A DNA stretch of 64,000 nt from NCBI RefSeq assembly GCF_044704955.1, contig NC_091985.1, positions 42,036,001 through 42,100,000 of the forward strand, in the 5' to 3' direction. Position numbers and translations under genes: made by a program. The notes below the pieces were generated by a model. That model saw nothing but the letters and a program-made list of their open reading frames with translations. It had not been told where the DNA came from and did not search any database. Shown here piece by piece: positions 10,755 through 22,611 of the stretch; position 1 is the first letter of the stretch; each line of letters starts with the position of its first letter. The DNA is from Pristiophorus japonicus. Taxonomy: Eukaryota.

Positions 10755-12608
10755 ATAAGAACATAAGAAATAGGAGCAGGAGTAGGCCATTTGGCTCCTC
10801 AAGCCTGCTCCACCATTCAACAAGATCATGGCTGATCTGATCATGGACACAGCTCCACTTCCCTGCCCACTCCCCATAACCCTTTACTCCCTTATTGCTC
10901 AAAAATCTGTCTACCTCTGCCTTAAATATATTCAATGATCCAACCTCCACAGCTCTCTAGGCCAGAGAATTCCATCGATGTACAACCCTCAGAGAAGAAA
11001 TTCCTCCTCATCTCAGTTTTAAATGGGCGGCCCCTTATTCTAAGACTATGTCCCCTAGTTTAAGTTTCCCCTATGAGTGGAAATATCCTCTCTGCATCCA
11101 CCTTGTCGAGCCCCATTATCTTATTAGTTTCAATAAGATCAGCTCTCATTCTTCTGACCTCCAAAGTGTTCCCAACCTACTCAACCTATCCTCATAAGTC
11201 AACCCCCTTATCTCCGGAATCAACCTACTGAACCTTCTCTGAACAGCCTCCAATTCAAGTATATCCTTCCTTAAATACAGAGACCAAAACTGTACGCAGT
11301 ACTCCAGGTGTGGCCTCACCAATACCCTGTACAGTTGTAGCAGGACTTCTCTGCTTTTATACTCTCTTCCCCTTGCAATAAAGGCCAACATTTCATTTGC
11401 CTTCCTGATTACTTACTGTACCTGCATACTAACTTTTTGTGTTTCATACACAAGGACCCCAGGTCTCTCTGTACTGCAGCACTTTACAATTTTTCTCCAT
11501 TTAAATTATAATTTGCTTTTCTATTATTTCTGCCAAAGTAGTTAACCTCACATTTCCCACATTATAAGCCATCTGCCAAATTGTGCCCACTCACTTAACC
11601 TGTCTGTATCCCTTTGCAGATTTTTTATGTCTTCCTCACAGTTTGCTTTCCCACCCATCTTTGTATCAGCAAACGTGGCTACATTACACTCGGTCCCTTC
11701 ATCCAAGTCATTAATATAGATTGTAAATAGTTGCGGACCCAGCACCGATCCCTGCAGAACCCCACTAGTCACTGTTTACCAACCGTAAAATGACCCATTT
11801 ATCCCGACTCTCTGTTTTCTGTTAGTTAACCACTCCTCTATCCATGCTAATATATTACCCCAAACCCCGTGAGCTTTTATATTGTGCAGTAACCTCTTAT
11901 GTGGCATTTTATCAAATGCCTTCTGGAAATCCAAATACACCACAACCAGTGGTTCCACCTTATCCACCCTGCTCATTACATCCTCAAAGAACTCCAGCAA
12001 ATTTGTCAAACATGATTTCCCTTTCATAAAACCATGCTGACTCTGCTTGACTGAATCATGCTTTTCCAAAAGTCCCGCTACTGCTTCCTTAATAATGGAC
12101 TCCAGCATTTTTCCAACAACAGATGTTAGGCTAACTGGCCTATAGTTTCCTGCTTTTTGTCTGCCTCCTTTTTTAAATAGGGGCGTTACATTTGCGATTT
12201 TCCAATCTGCTGGGACCGCCCCAGAATCCAAGAAATTTTGATAGATTACAACCAATGCATCCACTATCTCTGTAGCTACTGCTCTTAAGACTCTCGGATG
12301 TAAGCCATCAGGTCCAGGGGACTTGTCTGCCTTTAGTCCCATTATTTTACCTAGTACTGCTTCATTAGTGATAGTGATTGTATTAAGTTCCTCCTTACCT
12401 ATAGCCCTTTGATTATCCACTATTAGGATGTTCTTAGTGTCTTCTACCATGAAGACCAATACAAAATATTTGTTCAATGTCTCTGCCATTTCCCTGTTCT
12501 CCATTATTAATTCTTCAGTCTCATTCTCCAGGGGACCAACATTTACTTTAGCCAATCTTTTCCTTTTTATGTACCTGTAGAAACTCTTACTATCTGTTTT
12601 TATATTTC
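10755..12608 (-). mobile_element. CR1 LINE, 5'-truncated, disrupted RT
   Basis: ORF pieces [33 protein letters not shown] and RPHLEYCVQFW; (TTCTTATG)n tail at ~10755. Confidence 0.92.
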
Positions 12609-13680
12609 CAAGGGCTAGAACCTCCACTTATTTTGCACGCTTAACGCCCACTTAACGCCCATTTTACCGTTGAAATGACGTATATTGCCCATATAACGCC
12701 AATTTTGGCACAAAATGGAAACTTTCGGGCACTTTTAGGAAACTTATCGCCAAACGTTACTTTTCCCATGTGCTTAACGCCGGGAAAAAATATTACCGCC
12801 CGCCTATAATATCGGCCACCGTTACTTTCCGCACGGAAATAACGCCGAGATTCAATTTTAACGCCCGCCCACTGTTTTTTGTCGTAAAGAGCATATTTAC
12901 CCAAACTAGCGGCCATGAGGTCACTCAGTATCAATTTCATCACCTCGCACACATATCGCCCACAATATCGCTCACCCAAAAAAAATCGCCCACAAAAAGT
13001 GGAACTAACCGGAACGAATGCCAGCGGTGTGGCTGGCACTCTTACATGAGGAGCTGATATCTGAAAGATTTGCCTGAAAGAGTACTGATGTGAGTGACAA
13101 CGCTGACACACTGCTGTGTGTGTGCAGCTCAGACATCAATGGTGCCCATCATCGTGGTGCCAGTTAAAGTTTATGTTGATTGATGTTAAGTTTTATTTAA
13201 CCCTTTCATGGTAAGGAATCACCAGTGTGTAACGGTCCAGCTATCTAAGACAATGCGCAACAAGGTTATGTTCAATAACAAAAATTTATTACCAACATTG
13301 AAATCATAAGTATCACAGCCAATAACACCCAACCACCGCCCACACCCCACTTTTTCCAGCATTGACATAAATCACAGGTTCATCATGTCCACCAACACAG
13401 AATACAAAGGCAAAGCAGGAGTGTGGTCCCCAGCCCCAATACATTGCAACAAATTGCATACACCCAGATGGAGATATAACATAGCCATCACCTGCGCACA
13501 TGCACCTCAATTTCCTTCCCCCCCTCCCCTTATTCTTCCCACCACTATCCCTTACCCTCCTCGCTCCATGGCACCTGGTCGAGGAGCTCCTCAGGCGGTG
13601 CCTCATTGGGGTGGATGAAGGCAGATGCTGTGGTTGCACAGGTACGGGAGCGAGGCGGTGGGGGGGGGGGCGGGTGCCGA

Positions 13681-15480
13681 GGGTCCCCTGCAGTCAGAAT
13701 CAGGGGAAGTCATAAAGGGGAACAAAGAAATAGCAGACCAATTGAACAAGTACTTTGGTTCGGTATTCACTAAGGAGGACACAAACAACCTTTCGGGTTT
13801 AAAAGAGGTCAGAGGGTCTAGTAAGAAGGAGGAACTGAGGGAAATCCTTATTAGTCGGGAAATTGTGTTGGGGAAATTGATGGGATTGAAGGCCGCTAAA
13901 TCCCCAGGGCCTGACAGACTGCATCCCAGAGTACTTAAGCAGATGGCCTTGGAAATAGCAGATGCATTGACAGTCAATTTCCAACATTCCATAGACTCTG
14001 GATCAGTTCCTATGGAGTGGAGGGTAGCCAATGTAACCCCACTTTTTAAAAAAGGAGGGAGAGAGAAAACAGGGAATTATCGACCGGTCAGCTTGACATC
14101 GGTAGTGGGTAAAATGATGGAATCAATTATTAAGGATGTCATAGCAGCGCATTTAGAAAGAGGTGACATGATAGGTCCAAGTCAGCATGGATTTGTGAAA
14201 GGGAAATCATGCTTGACAAATCTTCTGGAATTTTTTGAGGATGTTTCCAGTAGAGTGGACAAGGGCGAACCAGTTGATGTATTTGGACTTTCAGAAGGCT
14301 TTCGACAAGGTCCCACACAAGAGATTAATGTTCAAAGTTAAAGCACATGGGATTGGGGGTAGTGTGCTGATGTGGATTGAGAACTGGTTGGCAGACAGGA
14401 AGCAAAGAATAGGAGTAAATGGGTACTTTTCAGAATGGCAAGCAGTGACTAGTGGGGTACCGCAAGGTTCTGTGCTGGAGCCCCAGCTGTTTACATTGTA
14501 CATTAATGATTTAGACGAGGGGATTAAATGTAGTATCTCCAAATTTGCGGATGACACTAAGTTGGGTGGCAGTGTGAGCTGCGAGGAGGATGCTATGAGG
14601 CTGCAGGGTGACTTGGATAGGTTAGGTGAGTGGGCAAATGCTTGGCAGATGAAGTATAATGTGGATAAATGTGAGGTTATCCACTTTGGTGGTAAAAACA
14701 GAGAGACAGACTATTATCCGAATGGTGACAGATTAGGAAAAGGGGAGGTGCAATGAGACCTGGATGTCATGGTACATCAGTCATTGAAGGTTGGCATGCA
14801 GGTACAGTAGGCGGTTAAGAAAGCAAATGGCATGTTGGCCTTCATAGCGAGGGGATTTGAGTACAGGGGCATGGAGGTGTTACTACAGTTGTACAGGACC
14901 TTGGTGAGGCCACACCTGGAGTATTGTGTACAGTTTTGGTCTCCTAACTTGAGGAAGGATATTCTTGCTATTGAGGGAGTGCAGCGAAGGTTCACCAGAC
15001 TGATTCCCGGGATGGCGGGACTGACATATCAAGAAAGACTGGATCAACTGTGCTTGTATTCACTGGAGTTCAGAAGAATGAGAGGGGATCTCATAGAAAC
15101 GTTTAAAATTCTGACCGGTTTAGACAGGTTAGATGCAGGAAGAATGTTCCCAATGCTGGGGAATTCCAGAACCAGGGGTCACAGTCTAAGGATAAGGGGT
15201 AAGCCATTTAAGACCGAGATGAGGAGAAACTTCTTCACCCAGAGAGTGGTGAACCTGTGGAATTCTCTACCACAGAAAGTTGTTGAGGCCAATTCACTAA
15301 ATATATTCAAAAAGGAGTTAGATGTAGTCCTTACTACTAAGGGGATCAAGGGGTATGGCGAGAAAGCAGGAATGGGGTACTGAAGTTACATGTTCAGCCA
15401 TGAACTCATTGAATGGCGGTGCAGGCGCGAAGGGCCGAATGGCCTACTCCTGCACCTATTTTCTATGTTTCTATGTTTCT
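13681..15480 (+). mobile_element. CR1 LINE, 5'-truncated, nested in the Harbinger element
   Basis: RT motifs [19 protein letters not shown] and KFADDTK; a frameshift and stops; (TTTCTATG)n tail. Confidence 0.92.
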
Positions 15481-15630
15481 ATTCTCTGGTGCAGAAGCAG
15501 AATCTTGGTCTTTGCTCTCATCTGTCGTTCGCAGTGGTGATGCGGAACCTAGGGGTGGAGTGCCCCGCTCGAGGACCACTGGGAGGCCTGTGGCAGCAGT
15601 GTTCCTGGCTATCGCATCCAGGGCCTCCGT

Positions 15631-18600
15631 TGTTGTGTATGTATAACATAAGTATATACCCTGTACACTCAATGTACAGTTACATAAGACTACGGGATGT
15701 ATCTTCACACTGTCGACACTATGCCTGTACCACCAGAGGGTGCAAGTGGTGGAGACCTAGGAGTCACCTGTACACTACAGGTAACCAAATATAAAAGGGA
15801 GCTCACCATGCTGTACCCTCACTCAGGAGCTGCAATAAATGGACTAAGGGCACAACAGTTCAAGTACAATACCCTACCTCGTGGAGTCATTACTAGAGTG
15901 TCCACAGACACAATAACTGGCGACAAGATTACGAATTTCCATGCGAAAAATGGCTAACCTTGGCAACTTTCAACAATTCGCCGAAGAGAAAGATTGGGAT
16001 GCCTTTGTGGAAAGGCTCGAACACTTTTTCATTGCGAACGACATGGCGGGAGATACACCAACCTCACTGGCTAATAAGCGCAGAGCTATCCTGCTCAGCA
16101 GTGGTAGACCCACCCTTGTCTATGGCCTTGTCAAGGACCCAGAGAAGACTACAACCAAAACGTAAGCGGAGCTCATAACGATGATACAGGAACAGCTCAA
16201 ACCTAAAGAGAGCATCCTCACAGCCAGACACCGGTTCTACACACGAAGGCCAAGAAATTGCAAAATATGCTGCAGACTTCAGACGATTGGCTGCACCGTG
16301 TGATTTTGGCAACCACCTCACCAAAGCGCTGCAGGACATCTTCGTTATTGGAATCGGCCACGAGGGCCTTCTCCACAGGCTGCTTTCTGCGGACAACACG
16401 GTCACCCTGCAGAAGGCAATTAACGCGATCCAGGCGTTCATGATCTCGGCCTGTGATTCCAAGCGGATGATGACTCATCCCCAGGACTCTAACGCGGCAA
16501 GTACTGTGAACCGACTGGTGCCTTTTAGAGGCAAGGCTGCTGCAAGCGGTCTCTCTCAGGGTAGAGAGAACAGAACCCCGAGTCCCGCAACCCTGAGTCC
16601 ACCACATGGGGCCAACCGGCCAGCCCCATGCTGGCGCTGTGGAGGGCATCACAGGGCCCACCAGTGCCATTATAAAGACTATACTTACAAAGGCTGTAAC
16701 ACAAAGAGCCACCTCCAGCGAATGTGCAAGAGAAATTTTACTCACCGAGTTGCTGAAGAGTTGGCCGATCATCCGGATTCCAGCGCTGATGAAGAGGAAG
16801 AGAGTCCATGAGGCAGCTCAGCCCCACGAAGAGGTGTACGGAGTGTTTACCTGCTCCACCAAAAGTTCCCCGTTGAAAATGGAAGTTGAGATTAACGGTG
16901 TTCTAGTCTCGATGGAGGTGGACACAGGGCGAGCCAATCGCTGATGAATCAGGCGGCCTTTGAGAAACTCTGGGACAGTCCAATCGAACGACCTAAAATC
17001 ATCTCGATCCAAATGAAGCTGCTCACCTACACACCATCCCAGTCATCGGCAGCGTGGATATCCAGGTGTCCCATGGCAGCGCAATGCACAAGTTACCTTT
17101 GTGGATCGTTGCTGGTGATGGTCTAACGCTGCTCGGAAGAAGATGGATGAAACAAATCCAAATCTGTTGGAGCCGGGAAAACCTTCAGGCCCCGGCGATC
17201 GATGTCCTATGCGGCCCCAAATTTGGATCCAGCACAACACCTGAAGATCCTACCATCCAACTCGACTGCACGGAGATGACACAGACCGCTCAACCCAACT
17301 GCGAGCTGATCCAGCCCAAACGACCCAATCTCACCTTCTAGGCTCTAATAGCAGTACTCCGGAGGACGAAAATCGGCGCAGAAGGTAACTTCCCTGTTTC
17401 CGTGGCAGAACCTGGGGAGAAATGGATTACCGCAGCCTACCTCATGGAGAGAAAGAAGATGGCGCCCACACCACGAGGTGAAGCGCCTGAAGTAAAGATG
17501 GTGGCGGCCAGACCACGAGGGGCAGCATTGAGGGAGCAACACATGATGCCGAGCAGCGAACCGGATTGGGGTAAAGACTGCAAGGCCCTCTTAAAGGAGA
17601 CCGGCAACCCATCACTATTAAAGGGACAGTTCCACTCTTTGTACAGCGATGCCGGTAATACACATGGAAAAGATGTAATTGACAAATGCGAGTATGTAAA
17701 GGCAACTAACAATGTCGAGTCGGGCGATTGCGGTCGGAGCCAATGTATAATGACAGTAAATGAAGAAATGATGTGCGTTGCCGGGTTCTACATGTACGTC
17801 GACAAAACCAAAGGCAACTTCCCATCGGAAGCAACCAAGTCCAGCAGGCTACCCGATCATGTATCCTGCACCTCCAGGACCAATGTGATGCCCCAGGGAT
17901 TGTTGATTGGGAGCATACCAGCTGCAGGGCCAGCGATCAGCGGACGGCAAAGGCACCACTACTGGTATCCTGCCCCAGATCGGCTCTACCACTCTAGCCA
18001 CCAGGGCCAGTACCGGGAGCAAGAGGCTGGCACCCTCCAGCCCTCCCAACGGGACCTGGGATGACCAGGTTCTCACTACCGCTGAAGGGCAGCAGGGAGA
18101 CAATGCAGCCCTCAAAGAAGGACAGGGAGGCCACACATTCCTGTGGCTCTGCCCACCACTAGGCAACGGCAAAGGCCCTGAGACTCAGCCAGGTGAGCGA
18201 TCCGAGCCCACCCAGCTGGCACAACGATGCCATCAGACAACCTGGACACAGTCCGGTTACTCTGGAACTAGCGTCCTCACCCACCTGCATCTGCACCCCA
18301 AGAACAAGATTGTGATACACGAATGTACCTTATCTGTAAAAAGTACTTGTTTCACTACTGCAAAACCCAAACAGTGATGCAATTAATCCTATGTTCCTTT
18401 TTTTTGTTTCTTTCCTTCTGTACACGTATGCACATGCAGGTGTTGAGCCACACACAGTCTATGTATGGGGGGGGGTGGGGGAGGAAATGGATGTATGTAG
18501 CCATGGACACACATAGATCACACCCAGAACCCACACAAGCCCCACTACAAACTCCAACCGTCCACTGCTGACTATTTCCCAATGTTGTGGCAATAAGGAC

Positions 18601-19010
18601 TTGGGGGTCTACAGGGAGAGAGCCAAACCAAAGCATAGACAAGGTACAAGGGCTTTGGACACTCAAGTCTTGGGCCAGAGCACACAGTGCAAAGGCCAGT
18701 GGCACAAGACTTAGGGGGGAGTGATGTTGTGTATGTATAACATAAGTATATACCCTGTACACTCAATGTACAGTTACATAAAACCACTGGATGTATCTTC
18801 ACCCTGTATACACTATGCCTGTACCATCAGAGGATGCAACTGGTGGAGACCTAGGGGGTCACCTGTACACTACAGGTAACCAAGTATAAAAAGGAGCTCA
18901 CCATGCTGTACCCTCACTCAGGAGCTGCAATAAATGGACTAAGGGCACAACAGTTCAAGTACAATACCCTACCTCGTGGAGTCATTATTAGAATGCTTAC
19001 AGACACAATA
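15631..19010 (+). mobile_element. Non-autonomous Gypsy (Mag-like) LTR retrotransposon: gag and protease only
   Basis: LTRs at 15631-15915 and 18725-19010; TSD TCCGT/TCCGC; PBS TGGCGACAAG at 15918; PPT before the 3' LTR. Gag reads DWDAFVERLEHFF with knuckle CWRCGGHH; protease reads EVDTGA. No RT or integrase motifs seen. Confidence 0.85.
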
Positions 19011-20204
19011 TCCGCCATGCGCGGAATGTGCTCAGTCATGGTGGGCAGCTGTCGGGATATGCCCCCCAATGCTTCGATGAGCTGGTCACCAATTTCTACA
19101 GTCCTCCTAGACAACTGTACTATCTCTCCGCTCTCATGTCACGCTCGTGGAACAAACCTGCCATGTCCATGAGGCCTCCGCGGGGTCGGCGCCGTCCTGG
19201 GGACAAATGGGGTGCCCTGTGGCGAGGTGCTTGGGGCTGGTACCTCCAGAGTGGAGGCGGGAATGACCGGAGGACCACGAGATGGCCTTGGGGTGGAATG
19301 GCTTCTGGAGTGTGGCGATGCAGGTTCTTCGAAGTCCCTGCTCTCATCCATCGAGAACAGACCCAGCGGATTGACGGCTGAGATTCGGAGCTCCTCAGCA
19401 CCAGATGTAGTAGGATTGTCCGCCGGCTCCTGCCCCGTGCCCCCACCTTCTGGCCTCTGTGGTCTTTCCTGGGGCCGCGCTGCTGGCTGAGCTGCAAAAC
19501 ATAAATAAGGTTATTAGAGGAGAAGGGGGTGCTAGGGTGACAAGGTGAGTCCAGCGCTACAGACAGCATATGCATGACAAAAGCACCACCGCTATCAAAA
19601 TCATCACAGGCATCATATTTCATGACCATCAACACATTGTGCATTGCAATGATTTTCATTAGGCCAGCATTATTTCTATGACAATTTTAGAAATTATCAT
19701 ATATGATTGTTCGGATATGAATGGGTGTGACATCTATAGACTTTACATCACACAATGGTGTAAGCTTTACTCACGTGGCATTACTTCAGGGTCTGCAGAT
19801 GTGTCCGGAGGTGTTTCCCCACAAGTGCGAGCACACACTCCTTCATGTCAGTGATGTCGCTGGGGGGGGACTGGTGGCCCCCCCGCCTGTTCGCCTCTGC
19901 ACAGACCTCATCGTCGATAGCTTCTTCTGTAAAAGGTGACAGGACGACATGGCATGAGATCATTGCGTGATATCATTGCTAGGTACTGTCACAGACACTG
20001 TTCCAACACATAACTGACAGATGTAATCATGATTATTATTATAATTATCATTCTTTACCTAAAGATGTACACCGTGACCGCAGGCTTTGAGTAAAACATT
20101 CCCGGTAAAAGTGCAAGACCTCAAATCTGATGATAGTCATGAGTGACTGTTACAAATAAAATTATATAAATACATAGGTACATGTAAATCAATGTAATAC
20201 TTAC

Positions 20205-20505
20205 TCTTGCAGGTCCCACAAGGTTGTTTCATCGTTTGCAGCATTGGTTGCCCTCACGCACCTCGTTGGTCGCCGACGAGACCACCTCTGCTATCTCGGT
20301 CCGTATCTTCTGGTATGCATTTGGGGTGCCCTCACTGTGTCAAATCACCCCAGCATAACTCGATCTCCTACAGGAGGGAGGTATTTGCCTCGTCCAAGAA
20401 CCACCTGGTCCTTTGTGTCCTCCAATGTGCTCCCCTCCCAGCTTGCTGCTCTCTCCAGCGTCAGTCTCCACAGTGTGCTGTGATGCCTCCTCCTCTCCCT
20501 CCATT
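20205..20505 (-). pseudogene. Harbinger Myb/SANT-like protein, first exon (decayed)
   Basis: Minus strand reads AYQKIRTEIAEVVSSATNEVREGNQCCKR*NNL (the W..IA..V....R...QC.KRW.DL trihelix pattern), followed by a GTAAGT donor. Confidence 0.65.
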
Positions 20506-20955
20506 ATAGGCCAAATTCGGTCACATATGTGACTGGTAACACCTACTTTTTGTTTGCCTACTTGCTGTGAAGCTCTAAAGTCTCCCTCCTTCCTCCGAAA
20601 GCAGCACATCACACCAAGCCATGCCTTCAGTCCCTCTGAGCTCCCTCTCTCTCTATCTCCTCTTCTGCGCATGTCATGGTGGCCCTTGACCTCCAGAATC
20701 GCAGGAATCGAGCATTGCCATACCGTTGCTAAGGACGGCCACACTTTATGACAGAAGGTCAAAAAAATTTAACGCTACCGCCCATTTTATATCACTCACG
20801 CTAACGCCCATTTTCAAAAGTGGAGACTAGGTGGTTTGAGAATGGGCGAGAAGCCAGCGATCTGAAAACCCTTTATCGCCAGCGCCGGAAATAACGCCCA
20901 TTTCTGGGCGATAACCATAAAAGTGGAGGTTCTAGCCCCATGTCTTTTTCCTTCC

Positions 20956-21100
20956 ACAGCCAATGAAGTACTTTTGAAGTGTAGTCACTGTTCCCACATT
21001 ACAACAATGACTGCACTTCAAAAGTATTTAATTGGCTGTAAAGCGCTTTGAGACATCCGGTGGTCATGAAAGGCGCTATATAAATGACAACATTCTTTCT
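20956..21100 (+). mobile_element. DeuSINE 3' tail with an inverted copy of itself (hairpin)
   Basis: Arms at 20956-20992 and 21003-21039, followed by the normal SINE tail. Confidence 0.7.
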
Positions 21101-22611
21101 TTCCATGTATTATTCCACTTGCAAATAAGTCAGACATGGTAGCCATCCCACATATTCCTAACACAACTAGATTAAATCCATAATCGGTTTAACATTTACA
21201 ACAGTACCTTTTATAATTCCTGACAAACCACAGATTGGTATAATTAGGTCTGTCTCTTTCACAGGCCTTCAAGATGTGGCTTACAGCAGTTTAGATTGTT
21301 AAACCTGGACATGCTATCCCATATGTGGCAGCAAATGAAGACACAACCTTCAGTTCAGCAGTAACTCAGTCTGCTTAAGCTTATTGAAATTGCTGTCAAG
21401 CTCAAACGTGAAAGATAAAAGCCCAAACCTTAACAATTGGTGCCAGCTACAGTGGGATAAATACCAGACACGGACCAAACAAGTATTTGTGGCTTAAACG
21501 AAAGTAAATTATCAGGAACAAACGGCAAATACTATGCACACGAGATCTCAAGAAGAGGTGGGTAGAGAGTTAGCAGTTGTGCACGGGGTTGCAGGGGCGA
21601 GTTAGTCCTGAGACAAACCTGAAATGCAAGACAGGCAGTAGGAGAGGTGAAAGATCAGTGCAGGCACAAGGTTGGACAAAAGGAGTGACAGCGCCAGCAT
21701 GAGGAGGAGCAGTGCAAGAAACAACCTGAAGGAAAGGATCAACAGCGCAAGGCTAAGTTAAGGAGCTGACAGCACCATCATGAGGGAAGCAGTGTAAGGA
21801 TTAGGAGGAGCCAAAAGAGAAACAATCCCCATGTACTCTCAAATTGGCAGAAAGGGTTCCAACAGCTATTAACCAGATCAGTAAGGGTAATGTTTTTGCA
21901 GCCTGCGATGGGTATGCAATAGCAGTTTCAGCTTTGCACCAATGCTGAACTTGCGCCTCATTTAAATTAAAGGGCAGGATGTGGAGGCCTGTTGCATGTC
22001 CTCTGGCCGCTCGCTGATGAAACTGGTATCAGTTTCGGGCTGCAACTACGCCACCAGCGCCACTCAGGTATGTCATGGGAGGAGCAGATCGGGAGAGACG
22101 GGAAACAAGCGGGAAGAGACCAAGTTGGGGCCTGCAATGGGGACTGCTTGCTCATCCTGGCTCCCCTAGAAGGTTTTCAAAAAATACATGTTTCAATAAC
22201 TTACCTCTCGTTGGTGACCACAGGGGCTGCTGAGAATCTAGTCCGACGTCAGCGCCACTTATTGCCGCCGAATTTTCGAAAGGGATCCTTAACAGGTGTC
22301 GGGCGCTAATTTACACATGCAAGACTAAGATGCCTAAAAAATAGACCCCACAAATTTAGCAGTGGAACCAATGCCAGCGCAGATTGGGAAGTGGCCGTCT
22401 CACTACTAAATTGGTCCGTTTTGCACCCAATTTCTACTCCTACAAGACAACAGTTGCGATACTTCAAAAGTGCTTCACTGGCTGTAGCGTGAAAGGCACG
22501 ACATAAATGCAAATCTTTCTTTCTTTCGCACTGCCAGTGGTACTTTATAATAACCAGAGAGTTAGCCAACTATAATACAAACCTTGTTCTCTCAAAAATT
22601 GTCTTTGATAG

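Larger units (their letters stand above)
12612..20938. mobile_element. PIF/Harbinger DNA transposon, internally deleted, hosting nested CR1 and Gypsy elements
   Basis: Perfect 18-bp TIRs GGGCTAGAACCTCCACTT (12612-12629) and AAGTGGAGGTTCTAGCCC (20921-20938). Repeated subterminal TAACGCC motifs. Decayed Myb/SANT-like gene on the minus strand. No clean TSD. Confidence 0.75.
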
